Shown here piece by piece: positions 9,023 through 18,225 of a DNA stretch of 64,000 nucleotides. The stretch is taken from contig JBGSRK010000014.1 in assembly GCA_041737595.1 (NCBI GenBank), positions 118 through 64,117 of the forward strand. Direction: 5' to 3'. A program made the translations under genes and the position numbers. Numbering within the stretch: the first letter of the stretch is position 1; each line of letters starts with the position of its first letter. Source of the stretch: Patescibacteria group bacterium. GTDB taxonomy: Bacteria > Patescibacteriota > CPR2 > UBA1875. Under the pieces are notes generated by a model. That model searched no databases, was not told the DNA's origin, and was given only the letters and a program-made list of their open reading frames with translations.

Positions 9023-9116
9023 TTCGGGAAGAGGGATTTTCCTCACTCCGATTCGGTATCCGGACGCTAGACTTAGAATGTTCACTCATTCACATTCTAC
9101 GCGCTCCCTTCGAATC
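9023..9116 (-). repeat. tRNA-3'-linked structured element, copy 1 (after tRNA-Gln)
   Basis: GATTCGAA...CCGGATACCGAATCGGAGTGAG...AATCCCTCTTCCCGAA. The end is 15/16 identical to tRNA 9148-9163. Confidence 0.8.
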
Positions 9117-9144
9117 ATTCTTATCTTATCATAATCAAACTTCT

Positions 9145-9219
9145 TGGTTCGGGAGGAGGGATTCGAACCCCCGAATGCATGGACCAGAACCATGTGCCTT
9201 ACCACTTGGCGACTCCCGA
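9145..9219 (-). tRNA. tRNA-Gln(CTG)
   Basis: TCGGGAG/CTCCCGA acceptor (U1-A72), CATGG-TTCTGGT-CCATG anticodon arm, T-arm, CCA. Confidence 0.97.
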
Positions 9220-9465
9220 TTATAAATTATCAAATAACTTTTTTAATTTCTTACCACCTCTCAGAGTCTTCGAGTATTTTTCCCTTTTTAAAGCCTCGTC
9301 ATATGTTGTAAATGACTCAGAATAAATTAGAATTAATGGTCTTCTACTTTTGGTGGCAAATACGCGACCCATTTTATGGTCTAAAAGTCTTTTGGTCAAA
9401 TTTGAGGTGGAACCCTTGTATAGCTTTCCGTCTTTTTCGCTACGTAATACATAAAAGTGATTCAT
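9220..9465 (-). CDS. GIY-YIG nuclease family protein (81 aa)
   Basis: FYVLRS...LYKGST..L.KRL..H......TKSRRP...YSE...ALKRE. The stop codon abuts the tRNA-Gln 5' end. Start at MNHFY. Confidence 0.9.
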   Translation of the reverse strand: MNHFYVLRSEKDGKLYKGSTSNLTKRLLDHKMGRVFATKSRRPLILIYSESFTTYDEALKREKYSKTLRGGKKLKKLFDNL

Positions 9466-9477
9466 AGTCTCTCTTAT

Positions 9478-9536
9478 CTTACCACTTGCCTGCCCGAGAC
9501 GACACGTCTCGTGTCGGCCAGAGGCGACTCCCGATT
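9478..9536 (-). repeat. Duplicate of tRNA-Gln 5' end interrupted by a 35-nt palindromic insertion
   Basis: AATCGGGAGTCGCC + [35 nt] + AAGTGGTAAG equals 9198-9221 once the insert is removed. Confidence 0.85.
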
Positions 9537-9595
9537 GCATATTTAGTATATGTTAAAAATAGATTCTGAATCAAGTTTAGAATTACAAATAACAT

Positions 9596-10030
9596 TTATT
9601 CTATATTTTTAATTTTGTAGGACTCTTCAAGTCCGCCAATTTCACGAAATTTAAAAGTATTCCCAAGTTTTAAACCCATCATTTTTTGGGCAATTGGAGA
9701 TTCGTTTGAAATCACACCCTTAAGTGGGTTAGCAGTAGCACGACTCATTATTATAAATTCACGTTTATCGCCATTAGCTAAATCCTCTAAAGTTACCCGA
9801 GTACCCAAAATTACAGAAGCGGGTTCTTTTTCATTAAATTCAGTTAATACGGCTTCATCTAAAATAGACAAGACCTCAGATAGCTGATTTTTAAAGACAG
9901 CTAATTTTAGAGCGTCTCCGTTTTTCTTACGCTCTTCTTTTTTTGCAGCAATTTCAAGCTCTTTTTTCTTTGTTTTAAGAGCATCAAGTGCAAGTTTAGT
10001 AATTTTAATTTTATTTTCTATTGGTGTCAT
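9596..10030 (-). CDS. GreA/GreB-family protein (divergent paralog)
   Basis: C-terminal VILGTRV...ISNESPIAQKMMG matches the Gre C-domain. Confidence 0.8.
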   Translation of the reverse strand: MTPIENKIKITKLALDALKTKKKELEIAAKKEERKKNGDALKLAVFKNQLSEVLSILDEAVLTEFNEKEPASVILGTRVTLEDLANGDKREFIIMSRATANPLKGVISNESPIAQKMMGLKLGNTFKFREIGGLEESYKIKNIE

Positions 10031-10070
10031 TGTGCGGACATTGTACACCAAATATACCCAAACGTAAAGA

Positions 10071-11501
10071 TTATTTTATTGTTTTGATTGCTTTTGAAAT
10101 TCGGCTTTCAGATTCTTCTTTTCCAAGAGCCCAGAGTAGTTCGGTGGGACTTGGTGATCTTTCTTCACCAGAAAGAGCGAAACGAACTGGCCAAAAAACA
10201 TCTCCATTTGAAAGATTATTCTCTTCAACTACTTTTTTTAACACATTTTCAAAATCTACAATACTCATCTCCTCCCACGTCACTAAAGTGAAGTAGGCAA
10301 GTGCTTTGGTTACGAGGTTGAGAGCTTTAATAGTATCTTCTTTATTAGATTTTTTGAAAATAAGTGATTTTGGGTCATATTTAGGTAAATTAATATAAAA
10401 ATCAGTATTTTCTAAAATATCAGATAATTTTGTGAGTCTGGTTTTTTCTATTTCTAAAATACGATCAAAATTAGAAAGAGTTAATATTTTTGCATCAGGA
10501 TACAATTCGTTTATAATTTTTTGCAATTTTTTTGTTTCTGTTTTTCTAATATATTGACCATTCATCCAATCAAGTCTTTTTAAATCAAAAACAGCTGGCG
10601 ATTTATTTATATCAGAAAGTTCAAATCTTTTTATAAGTTCATCTTTAGAAAAAAACTCATCTTCTGTTTTAGGGTTCCACCCTAAAAGTACTAAGAAATT
10701 AAGAAGTGCTTCAGGTAGATATCCTTTCTTTTTATAATCTACTACAGACGTGTCTCCATCCCTCTTAGAAAGCTTTTTACCTGATTCACCTATGGTTACT
10801 GGCATATGTGCAAAGCGTGGCACCTCCCAGCCTAGGGCTTCGTATATAGCAATATTTTTAGGGGTTGAGGGAATCCATTCTTCCCCACGGATAATATCTG
10901 TTACCCCGGAATCATGGTCATCTATAGCGGAGGCTAAAAAATATGTAGGCCAGCCATCAGATTTCATAAGTATCTGATCATCTGAAAGCGCATATTCAAG
11001 ACTCATTTTTCCCCGAACGGCATCATCCCAATTTGCTCTACCCTCTTCTGGCATGGCGAATCGAATAACATAAGGTGTATTATTTGCTTCTAAATCTGAA
11101 ATTTTTTCTTTAGATAATTTTCGACAGTGTTTATCATAACCAGGTGGGAGACTATTTGCTTCTTGAAATTCTCGAATATCCTTAAGTCTTTCTTTTGAAC
11201 AAAAACATTTATAAGCCTTCCCTTCAGAAACTAACTTTTCGGCATAATTTTTATGTATTTCTTTTCGGTTTGATTGATAGATTATTTCATCATCAAAATC
11301 TAACCCCATCCATTTTAATGAACTTTCAAATTCTAGAACTGCCCCTTCCACTAATCTTTCGCGGTCAGTGTCCTCAATTCTTAATAAAAATTTACCATTA
11401 TTGTGTTTTGCCCAAAGATATGAAAATAACGCAGTGCGCATTGCACCTACATGTAGGCCTCCTGTTGGACTTGGGGCAAATCTTGTTACAACTTTATTCA
11501 T
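10071..11501 (-). CDS. gltX: Glutamate--tRNA ligase
   Basis: RFAPSPTG, HVG (HIGH motif), RIEDTD, KLSKR. Confidence 0.96.
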   Translation of the reverse strand: MNKVVTRFAPSPTGGLHVGAMRTALFSYLWAKHNNGKFLLRIEDTDRERLVEGAVLEFESSLKWMGLDFDDEIIYQSNRKEIHKNYAEKLVSEGKAYKCFCSKERLKDIREFQEANSLPPGYDKHCRKLSKEKISDLEANNTPYVIRFAMPEEGRANWDDAVRGKMSLEYALSDDQILMKSDGWPTYFLASAIDDHDSGVTDIIRGEEWIPSTPKNIAIYEALGWEVPRFAHMPVTIGESGKKLSKRDGDTSVVDYKKKGYLPEALLNFLVLLGWNPKTEDEFFSKDELIKRFELSDINKSPAVFDLKRLDWMNGQYIRKTETKKLQKIINELYPDAKILTLSNFDRILEIEKTRLTKLSDILENTDFYINLPKYDPKSLIFKKSNKEDTIKALNLVTKALAYFTLVTWEEMSIVDFENVLKKVVEENNLSNGDVFWPVRFALSGEERSPSPTELLWALGKEESESRISKAIKTIK

Positions 11502-11573
11502 GAAATCATTTTAACTTGAAAATAAGATATTCTCAATCAAAAAAGACCGCATGTGTGGTCTTTAATATTTATG

Positions 11574-11720
11574 AATAAGGCTGTTGCAAAACTCTCCGAA
11601 ACGTCATTGCGAGGAGTATTTTTAGTAAAATACGACGTGGCAATCTAAAACTTAAGCATAAAAGAGATTGCTTCGCAGGTTCGCAATGACGTTAGAAAAA
11701 CGTTTTTCAACAGCCTTATT
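11574..11720. mobile_element. MITE-like element with nested palindromic repeat
   Basis: 18/19 terminal inverted repeat AATAAGGCTGTTG(C/A)AAAAC. Internal 13-bp IR AACGTCATTGCGA / TCGCAATGACGTT plus GCAATCT / AGATTGC. Confidence 0.75.
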
Positions 11721-11896
11721 TACATAAGCTCTGGTGAATCTGGCTCACAAATACCATTACAAGAAATACAATTTTTTAAAAAATGAATTTGTAAACTTGG
11801 ATCTGGATAAGTAGTTACCATTTTTTTAATAATACAGGCCACGTTTGGGCCACATTTATACTTTACTTTTGCAGTGTCAATTTTAACCGATTCCAA
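11720..11896 (-). CDS. Small Cys-rich protein, 58 aa, not in ORF track
   Basis: TTG start with SD AGGGGG and TATAAT upstream. Sequence MESVKID...CGPNVAC...CISCNGIC. Confidence 0.55.
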   Translation of the reverse strand: MESVKIDTAKVKYKCGPNVACIIKKMVTTYPDPSLQIHFLKNCISCNGICEPDSPELM

Positions 11897-11959
11897 TAGA
11901 ATTCCCCCTACTTTTTAATTATACGCAACTTACGATTATGCATTATTAAGGTTATATAA

Positions 11960-14659
11960 TCAAGAGATTCTTTTTGCCCGCGATAGACCAAACTTAATTA
12001 CTTCTAGATATACCAAGTAAACGATACTAGCAATAATTATCATTGGCCACATTATGGCAGGGATTGGTGCCATTTTTGCAAAATTATTAAGCCCAGGGAT
12101 ATACACAACTAAAAAGACAAAAACAATAGAAGCTATAGCAGCATATATAAGTTTCATGTTACCAAAAAATAATTTATAAACAGGTTTTGTGGTTGAACGC
12201 AAAGAAAAACTATTTAATATTTGTCCTAAAGCAAAAACTGTATAGGTTATTGCAGTACCCGTAAATAAAAGATTTAAATCAGGTTTTACCCCTATTTGCC
12301 AACCATTTGAATACATAAATATTAAAAAGACAGAAACAGATATTATACTTAGTCCAATTCCTGAACGTAAAACATAATAGATGCTATTTATATTAAACAG
12401 TGGTATTTTTCTATTCCTGGGTTTTCTTGCCATAACATCATCTTCTTCAGTATCTACTCCAAGTGCAAAAGCAGAGAAAGTTTCTGCCCCATAATCCATT
12501 AGAAGTATTTGGATTGCAAAAAGAGGCATTATCCCAAGTACAATTCCTGCAACAACTGAAGAAAGAGCGGCTACGTGAGTAGTAAATTCGAATTTAGTAA
12601 ATTTTTCAATATTTTCATAAACTATTCTCCCCTCTTTTACGGCCCAAACAATTGATGAATAACTATCATTTAAAAGGACCATATCTGATGATTCACGAGA
12701 AACATCTGTCCCAGAAATACCCATTGCAATACCGACATCTGATGATTTTAAAGCAGGTGAATCATTTACCCCATCCCCTGTTACGGCAACAATGTTATGC
12801 ATTTTCTGTAACGCTTTTACAATTCGAAGCTTATGCATTGGGTCAACTCGGGCAAAAATAATATCCTCATCATGTAAAAGTTCTATAAGTCCATGATCAT
12901 TTAGTTGATTTAATTTCTCTCCATTTATTACTTTAGGATTTTCAGAAAGACCAACTCTTTGTGCAATTGCCGAAGCTGTAAGACCATGGTCACCAGTTAC
13001 CATAATTGTTCTAATCCCAGCCTTTTTGGCTATTTTAATAGTCTCTTTTACTTCAGCTCTTGGGGGATCGATAATCCCATAAAGCCCCAAAAAAACTAAA
13101 TCACCTTCAATTTTTTTGTTATCTTTCTTTTTATAGGCGCAGGCTATTACTCTTAGAGCTCTAGAAGATAGATTATCAGTAATATTTTTTATATTATGGA
13201 TATCTTTAGGGGTAATATCTAACTCATGACCATTTTTATAAATCTTTTTACACATTGAAATAATTGGATCTGTTGCTCCTTTAAAATATACCGTTTCTTC
13301 CCCTTTCTCTTTAATAACTTTGGCCATGAATTTTCTTTCTGAGGTAAATGGGATTTCTTCTGTTACAATTGCCTTTTCACGAACTTTAAATGTATTAATC
13401 CCAAACTTTTCTGCTGCAACCAAAATAGAAACTTCTGTCGGGTCACCTATATATTCTGGTCCATTTGGTTTTTCATAATTTATATCAGAATTGTTTGCAT
13501 AAACTCCAGTATTAAAAAATTTATTAAGAATCCTTTTTTCTGTTATCCCCAATGGAAGTTCATTATGTAATATTTCCCCAGAGCTACCATAACCAGAACC
13601 AGTAACAGAATACATTTCGCCGTCAAAATAAATATCTTTAACAGTCATTTCATTTTTTGTTAGAGTTCCTGTTTTATCAGTTACAATAACATTTATTTCC
13701 CCTAAAGTTTCAACAGTTGAAAGTTTTTTTATGGCAGATTTTCTTTTAGCCATTCTCCGTGCACCAATCGCAAGTGCAACTGAAATTGTGGCAGGCAAGC
13801 CTTCTGGAACAATTGCTGCGGCAATTTGAACTGCAAATAAAAGCCCCTCAGAAAGATTAAAATATCTATTTATCAGATAATAAGCCAGAAGCAGCCCAAA
13901 CATAACAAAAACAAATGATTTTGCTACAATTTTTGCAATATGATCAGTTTCTTTTTGAAGTGGAGATTTTTGTACATTAACTTTTGTTGTTTCTTGAGCA
14001 ATTTTACCTAGTTGGCTCGACATCCCAGTTGCAACAACAACTCCAATCCCATTCCCAGAAATAATTTGAGTTCCGGCGAATAAAGAACCTAAAATATCCC
14101 CTAGTTCAAGATTTCTATTTTCCCTGCCCAGGGCTTTTTTTTCTTGAGGTTCAGATTCCCCTGTTATAGTAGAATCGTTAGTATAAAGTTCATTTGTTTG
14201 TATAAGTCTAATATCTGCAGAAACCTTATCCCCTTCTGAAAGATATACGATATCCCCAGGAACAAGTTCAGTTGAATCTATTTTCTTTTTGTTCCCATCT
14301 CTTATCACAGTTACTGTTTGTGGGAGGTGGCTATTTAGGGCTTCGATTGTTTTTTCTGCCCTATGCTCTTGGATAAAACCAATAAGAGCATTTATAAATA
14401 CAATTAAAAGTATAACGATACTATCCTTATATGAGCCAATAATTGCTGAAAATATTGCAGCTGAAAGAAGAATAATTATTAATAAGTCTGTAAACTGTTT
14501 TAAAAAAGAGAATATAAGTGAAGCTTTTTTGCCACCTTTAAGTATATTTGGACCATATTTTCTTGTACGATCGGCAACTTCAATATCAGAAAGACCCTCC
14601 TTAGTCGTTCTTAGATTTTTAAGTACTTCAGAAATGTTATCATATAGATACGTAAGCAT
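11960..14659 (-). CDS. Cation-transporting P-type ATPase (P2A, Ca2+-type)
   Basis: TGES, PEGL, DKTGTLT, TGD and GDGVND motifs. Confidence 0.95.
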   Translation of the reverse strand: MLTYLYDNISEVLKNLRTTKEGLSDIEVADRTRKYGPNILKGGKKASLIFSFLKQFTDLLIIILLSAAIFSAIIGSYKDSIVILLIVFINALIGFIQEHRAEKTIEALNSHLPQTVTVIRDGNKKKIDSTELVPGDIVYLSEGDKVSADIRLIQTNELYTNDSTITGESEPQEKKALGRENRNLELGDILGSLFAGTQIISGNGIGVVVATGMSSQLGKIAQETTKVNVQKSPLQKETDHIAKIVAKSFVFVMFGLLLAYYLINRYFNLSEGLLFAVQIAAAIVPEGLPATISVALAIGARRMAKRKSAIKKLSTVETLGEINVIVTDKTGTLTKNEMTVKDIYFDGEMYSVTGSGYGSSGEILHNELPLGITEKRILNKFFNTGVYANNSDINYEKPNGPEYIGDPTEVSILVAAEKFGINTFKVREKAIVTEEIPFTSERKFMAKVIKEKGEETVYFKGATDPIISMCKKIYKNGHELDITPKDIHNIKNITDNLSSRALRVIACAYKKKDNKKIEGDLVFLGLYGIIDPPRAEVKETIKIAKKAGIRTIMVTGDHGLTASAIAQRVGLSENPKVINGEKLNQLNDHGLIELLHDEDIIFARVDPMHKLRIVKALQKMHNIVAVTGDGVNDSPALKSSDVGIAMGISGTDVSRESSDMVLLNDSYSSIVWAVKEGRIVYENIEKFTKFEFTTHVAALSSVVAGIVLGIMPLFAIQILLMDYGAETFSAFALGVDTEEDDVMARKPRNRKIPLFNINSIYYVLRSGIGLSIISVSVFLIFMYSNGWQIGVKPDLNLLFTGTAITYTVFALGQILNSFSLRSTTKPVYKLFFGNMKLIYAAIASIVFVFLVVYIPGLNNFAKMAPIPAIMWPMIIIASIVYLVYLEVIKFGLSRAKRIS

Positions 14660-14737
14660 CTGTACGTAATTTTAACTTAAATATATGTTATTTTAAAGAT
14701 AGAAAAATAGCGCATAAAGTACTTAAATTTTAAATAG

Positions 14738-15058
14738 TTAATATATCTCTCTCGCAGCTTCAATAATAGTTCTCATCTCTTTGTATTTATCCTCTGTCCC
14801 CATACAAAAGAAATTACGACAAACCTCTGGTCTTTTTTCGTGGATCGAACAAATATTATTTTTAAGATATATACAGCTTCCATCATTTTTTTGTTTTAAG
14901 ATATTAGCCCCATATTCGGAGGCAAATTTAAAATCATCAATTATCTCAATATCATTAAAAACAGTTAAATATTTACTTGAATAATATTCTTCTTTATTTA
15001 GGTTGATTAAAAATAGCTTACAACATAATCCGCACATCTTACATTTTAGTTTAGACAT
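14738..15058 (-). CDS. YkgJ-family cysteine cluster protein
   Basis: CxxCGxCC...CIYL....CSIHEKRPEVC. Confidence 0.88.
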   Translation of the reverse strand: MSKLKCKMCGLCCKLFLINLNKEEYYSSKYLTVFNDIEIIDDFKFASEYGANILKQKNDGSCIYLKNNICSIHEKRPEVCRNFFCMGTEDKYKEMRTIIEAAREIY

Positions 15059-15091
15059 AATTAAATTTTATCATAAAAAATATTATATAAA

Positions 15092-16321
15092 TTAGTGAAG
15101 AAATTTATCTAGTTCTTTAGCTTCTTCGCTTACCAAAAGAGACATCTCGTTATAACCAAGTAAACTAAGGCCATCAAGACTCCTAACACGCGAAAGAGCA
15201 ACATAACCAAGGCCGTAGGTAAAAGCACGAGAAAGGTCAATTTCTGCATAATCAAGGGTCATCCCCTGGCTCTTATGAATTGTAATTGCCCAAGCCAAAC
15301 GCAAAGGGACCTGTTCTATCCAAGCATTTGAATTTGGGTCATCAGCCCCCCACTTAATTGGGGCCGCTATAATTTCTTTACCTTTAAAAGTACGCACAAT
15401 AGGATAACCTTTTTCTGGGTCAAAGCCGATTATTTCTCCTGTGGTGCCATTAACATAACCTTTTGGAAAGTTATTAGAGACAAACATTACAACAGCTCCA
15501 ACTTTAAGTAATAATTTTTCGGGGGCCATGCAACCTTTTTTCATTTGAGTGACAAAAAATTTCTCACCACCAGCTTTCATTTTGAAAGTAATTTCTTCCT
15601 CTGGAATTAATTCTAATCTTACTAAATTATATTCGTCTACGTTTGAATTATGTGTAAAAAGTTTTGTCGGAATAATATTTTTTGAAAAGGGATATTTAAA
15701 ACGTTCTCTTAATAATTGACAAGAATCTTCTGTGACACGTGATTCCCTTATCTCATTTAAGAGTCGATATAAATCATTACTTTCGTTTTGACGATATTGC
15801 TTTTCAAGATAACAAACAGCTAAATCCATCTGTGACCAAACAGCAGATTGATTTATAAAATCTCCTCCATTTTTAACTCTTGAAACTGGTGGAAGCTGGA
15901 AAAAGTCTCCACAAAGAACAATTTGTAAACCTCCAAATGGCCCAAAATCTGTTCTAACTCTTCGACAAATATCATCTAACATATCAAGACGATGAGCGTG
16001 AAGCATTGAAATTTCATCAATAATTAGTACCTTAGCTTCTTGAATTCTTTTAATTGCTTGTTTGTTATGAGTAAATAATTTTTTAATGTCAGATTTGGTC
16101 ATTTTATCTTTGATACCCATTCCTGCCCAAGAATGAATAGTAATGCCTCCTAAATGAGTGGCCGCAATGCCAGTTGATGCCGTAATGCCAACAGGAATCT
16201 TTTTTTTATTTAAATATTCAATAAATTGGTTTAATAAATAAGTCTTTCCAGTACCAGCTTGACCAGTAATAAGAGTATTACGTCCACTGACTAATATTTC
16301 AAATGCTTCTTCTTGTGTCAT
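15092..16321 (-). CDS. PIF1/RecD-like SF1B helicase
   Basis: GQAGTGKT, IDEISM, GDFFQLPPV, AITIHKSQG, YVALSR. Confidence 0.92.
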   Translation of the reverse strand: MTQEEAFEILVSGRNTLITGQAGTGKTYLLNQFIEYLNKKKIPVGITASTGIAATHLGGITIHSWAGMGIKDKMTKSDIKKLFTHNKQAIKRIQEAKVLIIDEISMLHAHRLDMLDDICRRVRTDFGPFGGLQIVLCGDFFQLPPVSRVKNGGDFINQSAVWSQMDLAVCYLEKQYRQNESNDLYRLLNEIRESRVTEDSCQLLRERFKYPFSKNIIPTKLFTHNSNVDEYNLVRLELIPEEEITFKMKAGGEKFFVTQMKKGCMAPEKLLLKVGAVVMFVSNNFPKGYVNGTTGEIIGFDPEKGYPIVRTFKGKEIIAAPIKWGADDPNSNAWIEQVPLRLAWAITIHKSQGMTLDYAEIDLSRAFTYGLGYVALSRVRSLDGLSLLGYNEMSLLVSEEAKELDKFLH

Positions 16322-16431
16322 TGAGCTATTATCTATTTTATTGACCCTTTTTACTAGTAGACAATATATATTTGATTGTTAAATATGTGTGTTATTTATC
16401 TAACTAAGTAAGCGCAGGGACTAAATAAAGT

Positions 16432-16455
16432 GAAGACCGCCTTTCAGCGGCCTTC
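16432..16455 (-). terminator. Rho-independent terminator
   Basis: GAAGGCCGC-TGAAAG-GCGGTCTTC followed by a T-rich tail. Confidence 0.6.
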
Positions 16456-16507
16456 TTTAGGTTTCCGTTGATAAGCGGTCAGTTGCATTTTATGGAGGAT
16501 CTTGGCC

Positions 16508-17266
16508 TTATCCGAAGAGCCGGCAGTACAGAGCGTAACCTGTTATACCTAGTACCGCCAATCCTGCGATAAGAAGGAACATTCGTCCTTTTGCTCGCGC
16601 TTCTTGGGCGGCAAGATTGGAATAGTAGGCTTGTCCAGCGGATTCGGGGAAGTACTCATCAAGAAGCATCTCCTCTTCTAATGGACTCATAGTTCTGGAC
16701 TGCATGAACATCGGTGTTTCCTTCCCAGCCGGGTTGGCTAAAAGCAAAAACCACAGAACTTCAGTCAATACCTTGTAGCCACCACCTTGAGCAATGTTGC
16801 GGTTTGAATCCCCGCCCAACAGCTCATTAGACGAATCCAGCCATTTCTCCCGTTCTTCACGGAAGTAATAGCCACCGACAGCATTAGAGAACCGTCGTTC
16901 CCAATCGCTCCCACCTTCTCGCTTGCCAGCTAGATAAGCTAGAACGTCTTCTGCGACTTCGATGCCGTAAGGCATATTGTCGCGCATTCCCATGATGGAA
17001 AGACCACCCAGCTCCTCATGAGGCTTCTCCTGGAAAACTAACCTTTCTGCCTCGGATGGATAGAGCCTTTCCAGATTACGGATGTAGTCCTGGTAACGCT
17101 CCTCTTTGATCTTTGCCATACGGGCGTCGTCCTCGGGTCCATAACTAACGAGATACCTGGCTGTAAGTAGGCCATTCCAGTCAGCCATGGGGTTGATACA
17201 ATTGCACGTTCCTCCTTCTCCTCGGTTTACGAACGGACAACCGTTACACATCGAAAATCCCCACAT
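16508..17266 (-). CDS. GC-rich hypothetical protein with C-terminal TM anchor
   Basis: 252 aa with SD AGGAGG, N-terminal Cys cluster and a hydrophobic tail. Confidence 0.75.
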   Translation of the reverse strand: MWGFSMCNGCPFVNRGEGGTCNCINPMADWNGLLTARYLVSYGPEDDARMAKIKEERYQDYIRNLERLYPSEAERLVFQEKPHEELGGLSIMGMRDNMPYGIEVAEDVLAYLAGKREGGSDWERRFSNAVGGYYFREEREKWLDSSNELLGGDSNRNIAQGGGYKVLTEVLWFLLLANPAGKETPMFMQSRTMSPLEEEMLLDEYFPESAGQAYYSNLAAQEARAKGRMFLLIAGLAVLGITGYALYCRLFG

Positions 17267-17460
17267 GATATCCTCCTAGGTTCTGAATCAAGAAGGGTCA
17301 CACTATTTTTAGTGTAACCCTCGGATTGAATTCCATTGATATATTAGCATAAAAATTACTTAGCAGAAAGTATTATGAGCTCCATAAACAGAAATATATT
17401 GATATAATTGACCTATTCAACGAAGTAAAACAGGCCAGAATTAAATAAAAAATCATTAAT

Positions 17461-18132
17461 TTATATCATATATTTTTCAGGAAACATGCGGCTGTAAGTA
17501 TAGTTCATTGAAGTTAGAAAATTTAAAAATGGGATAAATACAAAAGGGACAAGACCTAAAAGAGTAATATCAAACATCCAAGAAATATACATTCCAATTA
17601 TCATAATTGGTACAACAAAAGTTGAAGTGTGGTGGTGATAATATTTTTTAGAAACAATTTTAATTCTTTTTGAAAATTCCCATATAAATAATGGCCAAAG
17701 TAAAGTTAACATTTTTGGATCTAGTTCAGTTTTTTTCCCATCCAACGCTAAAAAAAATCTCCAGGTACGGTACATCCAATAAAACGGGAAAAGGCCAAAT
17801 GTTATAAGAGTTAATAAAATAAATTGAGAAGCCGTGATAACAATAACTTCTTTTTTAATTTTATTTGCAAACTCCCCTGCTTTTGCACAATCAACCCAAT
17901 CATGTTTACATTTTTTTGAATCTAGAATTTCCCGACAGATTGGACAAATTTCCTCAGAACAATAAAGGTGATGTAGTTTATTCTTTTTTACACCACATTT
18001 TTTACAATCTTTTTCAGCTGGGAGTCTTTTTGCGCTTTTCCCGGCATCATTAATTATATAGTCAAAATCACAACCAGAGCTCTTGCTGATTGTTTTATTA
18101 CACAAAATACATTTTTCAACTTCTTTTACCAT
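17461..18132 (-). CDS. Membrane protein with Cys-rich N-terminal domain
   Basis: Several CxxC motifs, then a DUF4234-like TM region (ITFGLFPFYWMYRTW). Confidence 0.7.
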   Translation of the reverse strand: MVKEVEKCILCNKTISKSSGCDFDYIINDAGKSAKRLPAEKDCKKCGVKKNKLHHLYCSEEICPICREILDSKKCKHDWVDCAKAGEFANKIKKEVIVITASQFILLTLITFGLFPFYWMYRTWRFFLALDGKKTELDPKMLTLLWPLFIWEFSKRIKIVSKKYYHHHTSTFVVPIMIIGMYISWMFDITLLGLVPFVFIPFLNFLTSMNYTYSRMFPEKYMI

Positions 18133-18225
18133 TTGTGAAGAGATTATACTGCTATTATGCCTTTAAAACAAGATAAAAACAGTATTGTCATAAAAAAAGA
18201 TCAATATTTATGATAAAATAGGCCG

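Noticed and set aside
8981-9085. N-terminal extension of the nucleotidyltransferase ORF
   Set aside because: It reads through the tRNA-linked repeat, and family similarity starts later.
9023-9536. Intron-containing, split or permuted tRNA
   Set aside because: An intact tRNA-Gln is present, and the flanking fragments lack an anticodon arm and group I/II intron hallmarks.
9466-9540. N-terminal extension of the GIY-YIG ORF
   Set aside because: It translates the tRNA 5' duplicate and its insert. The domain starts at MNHFY.
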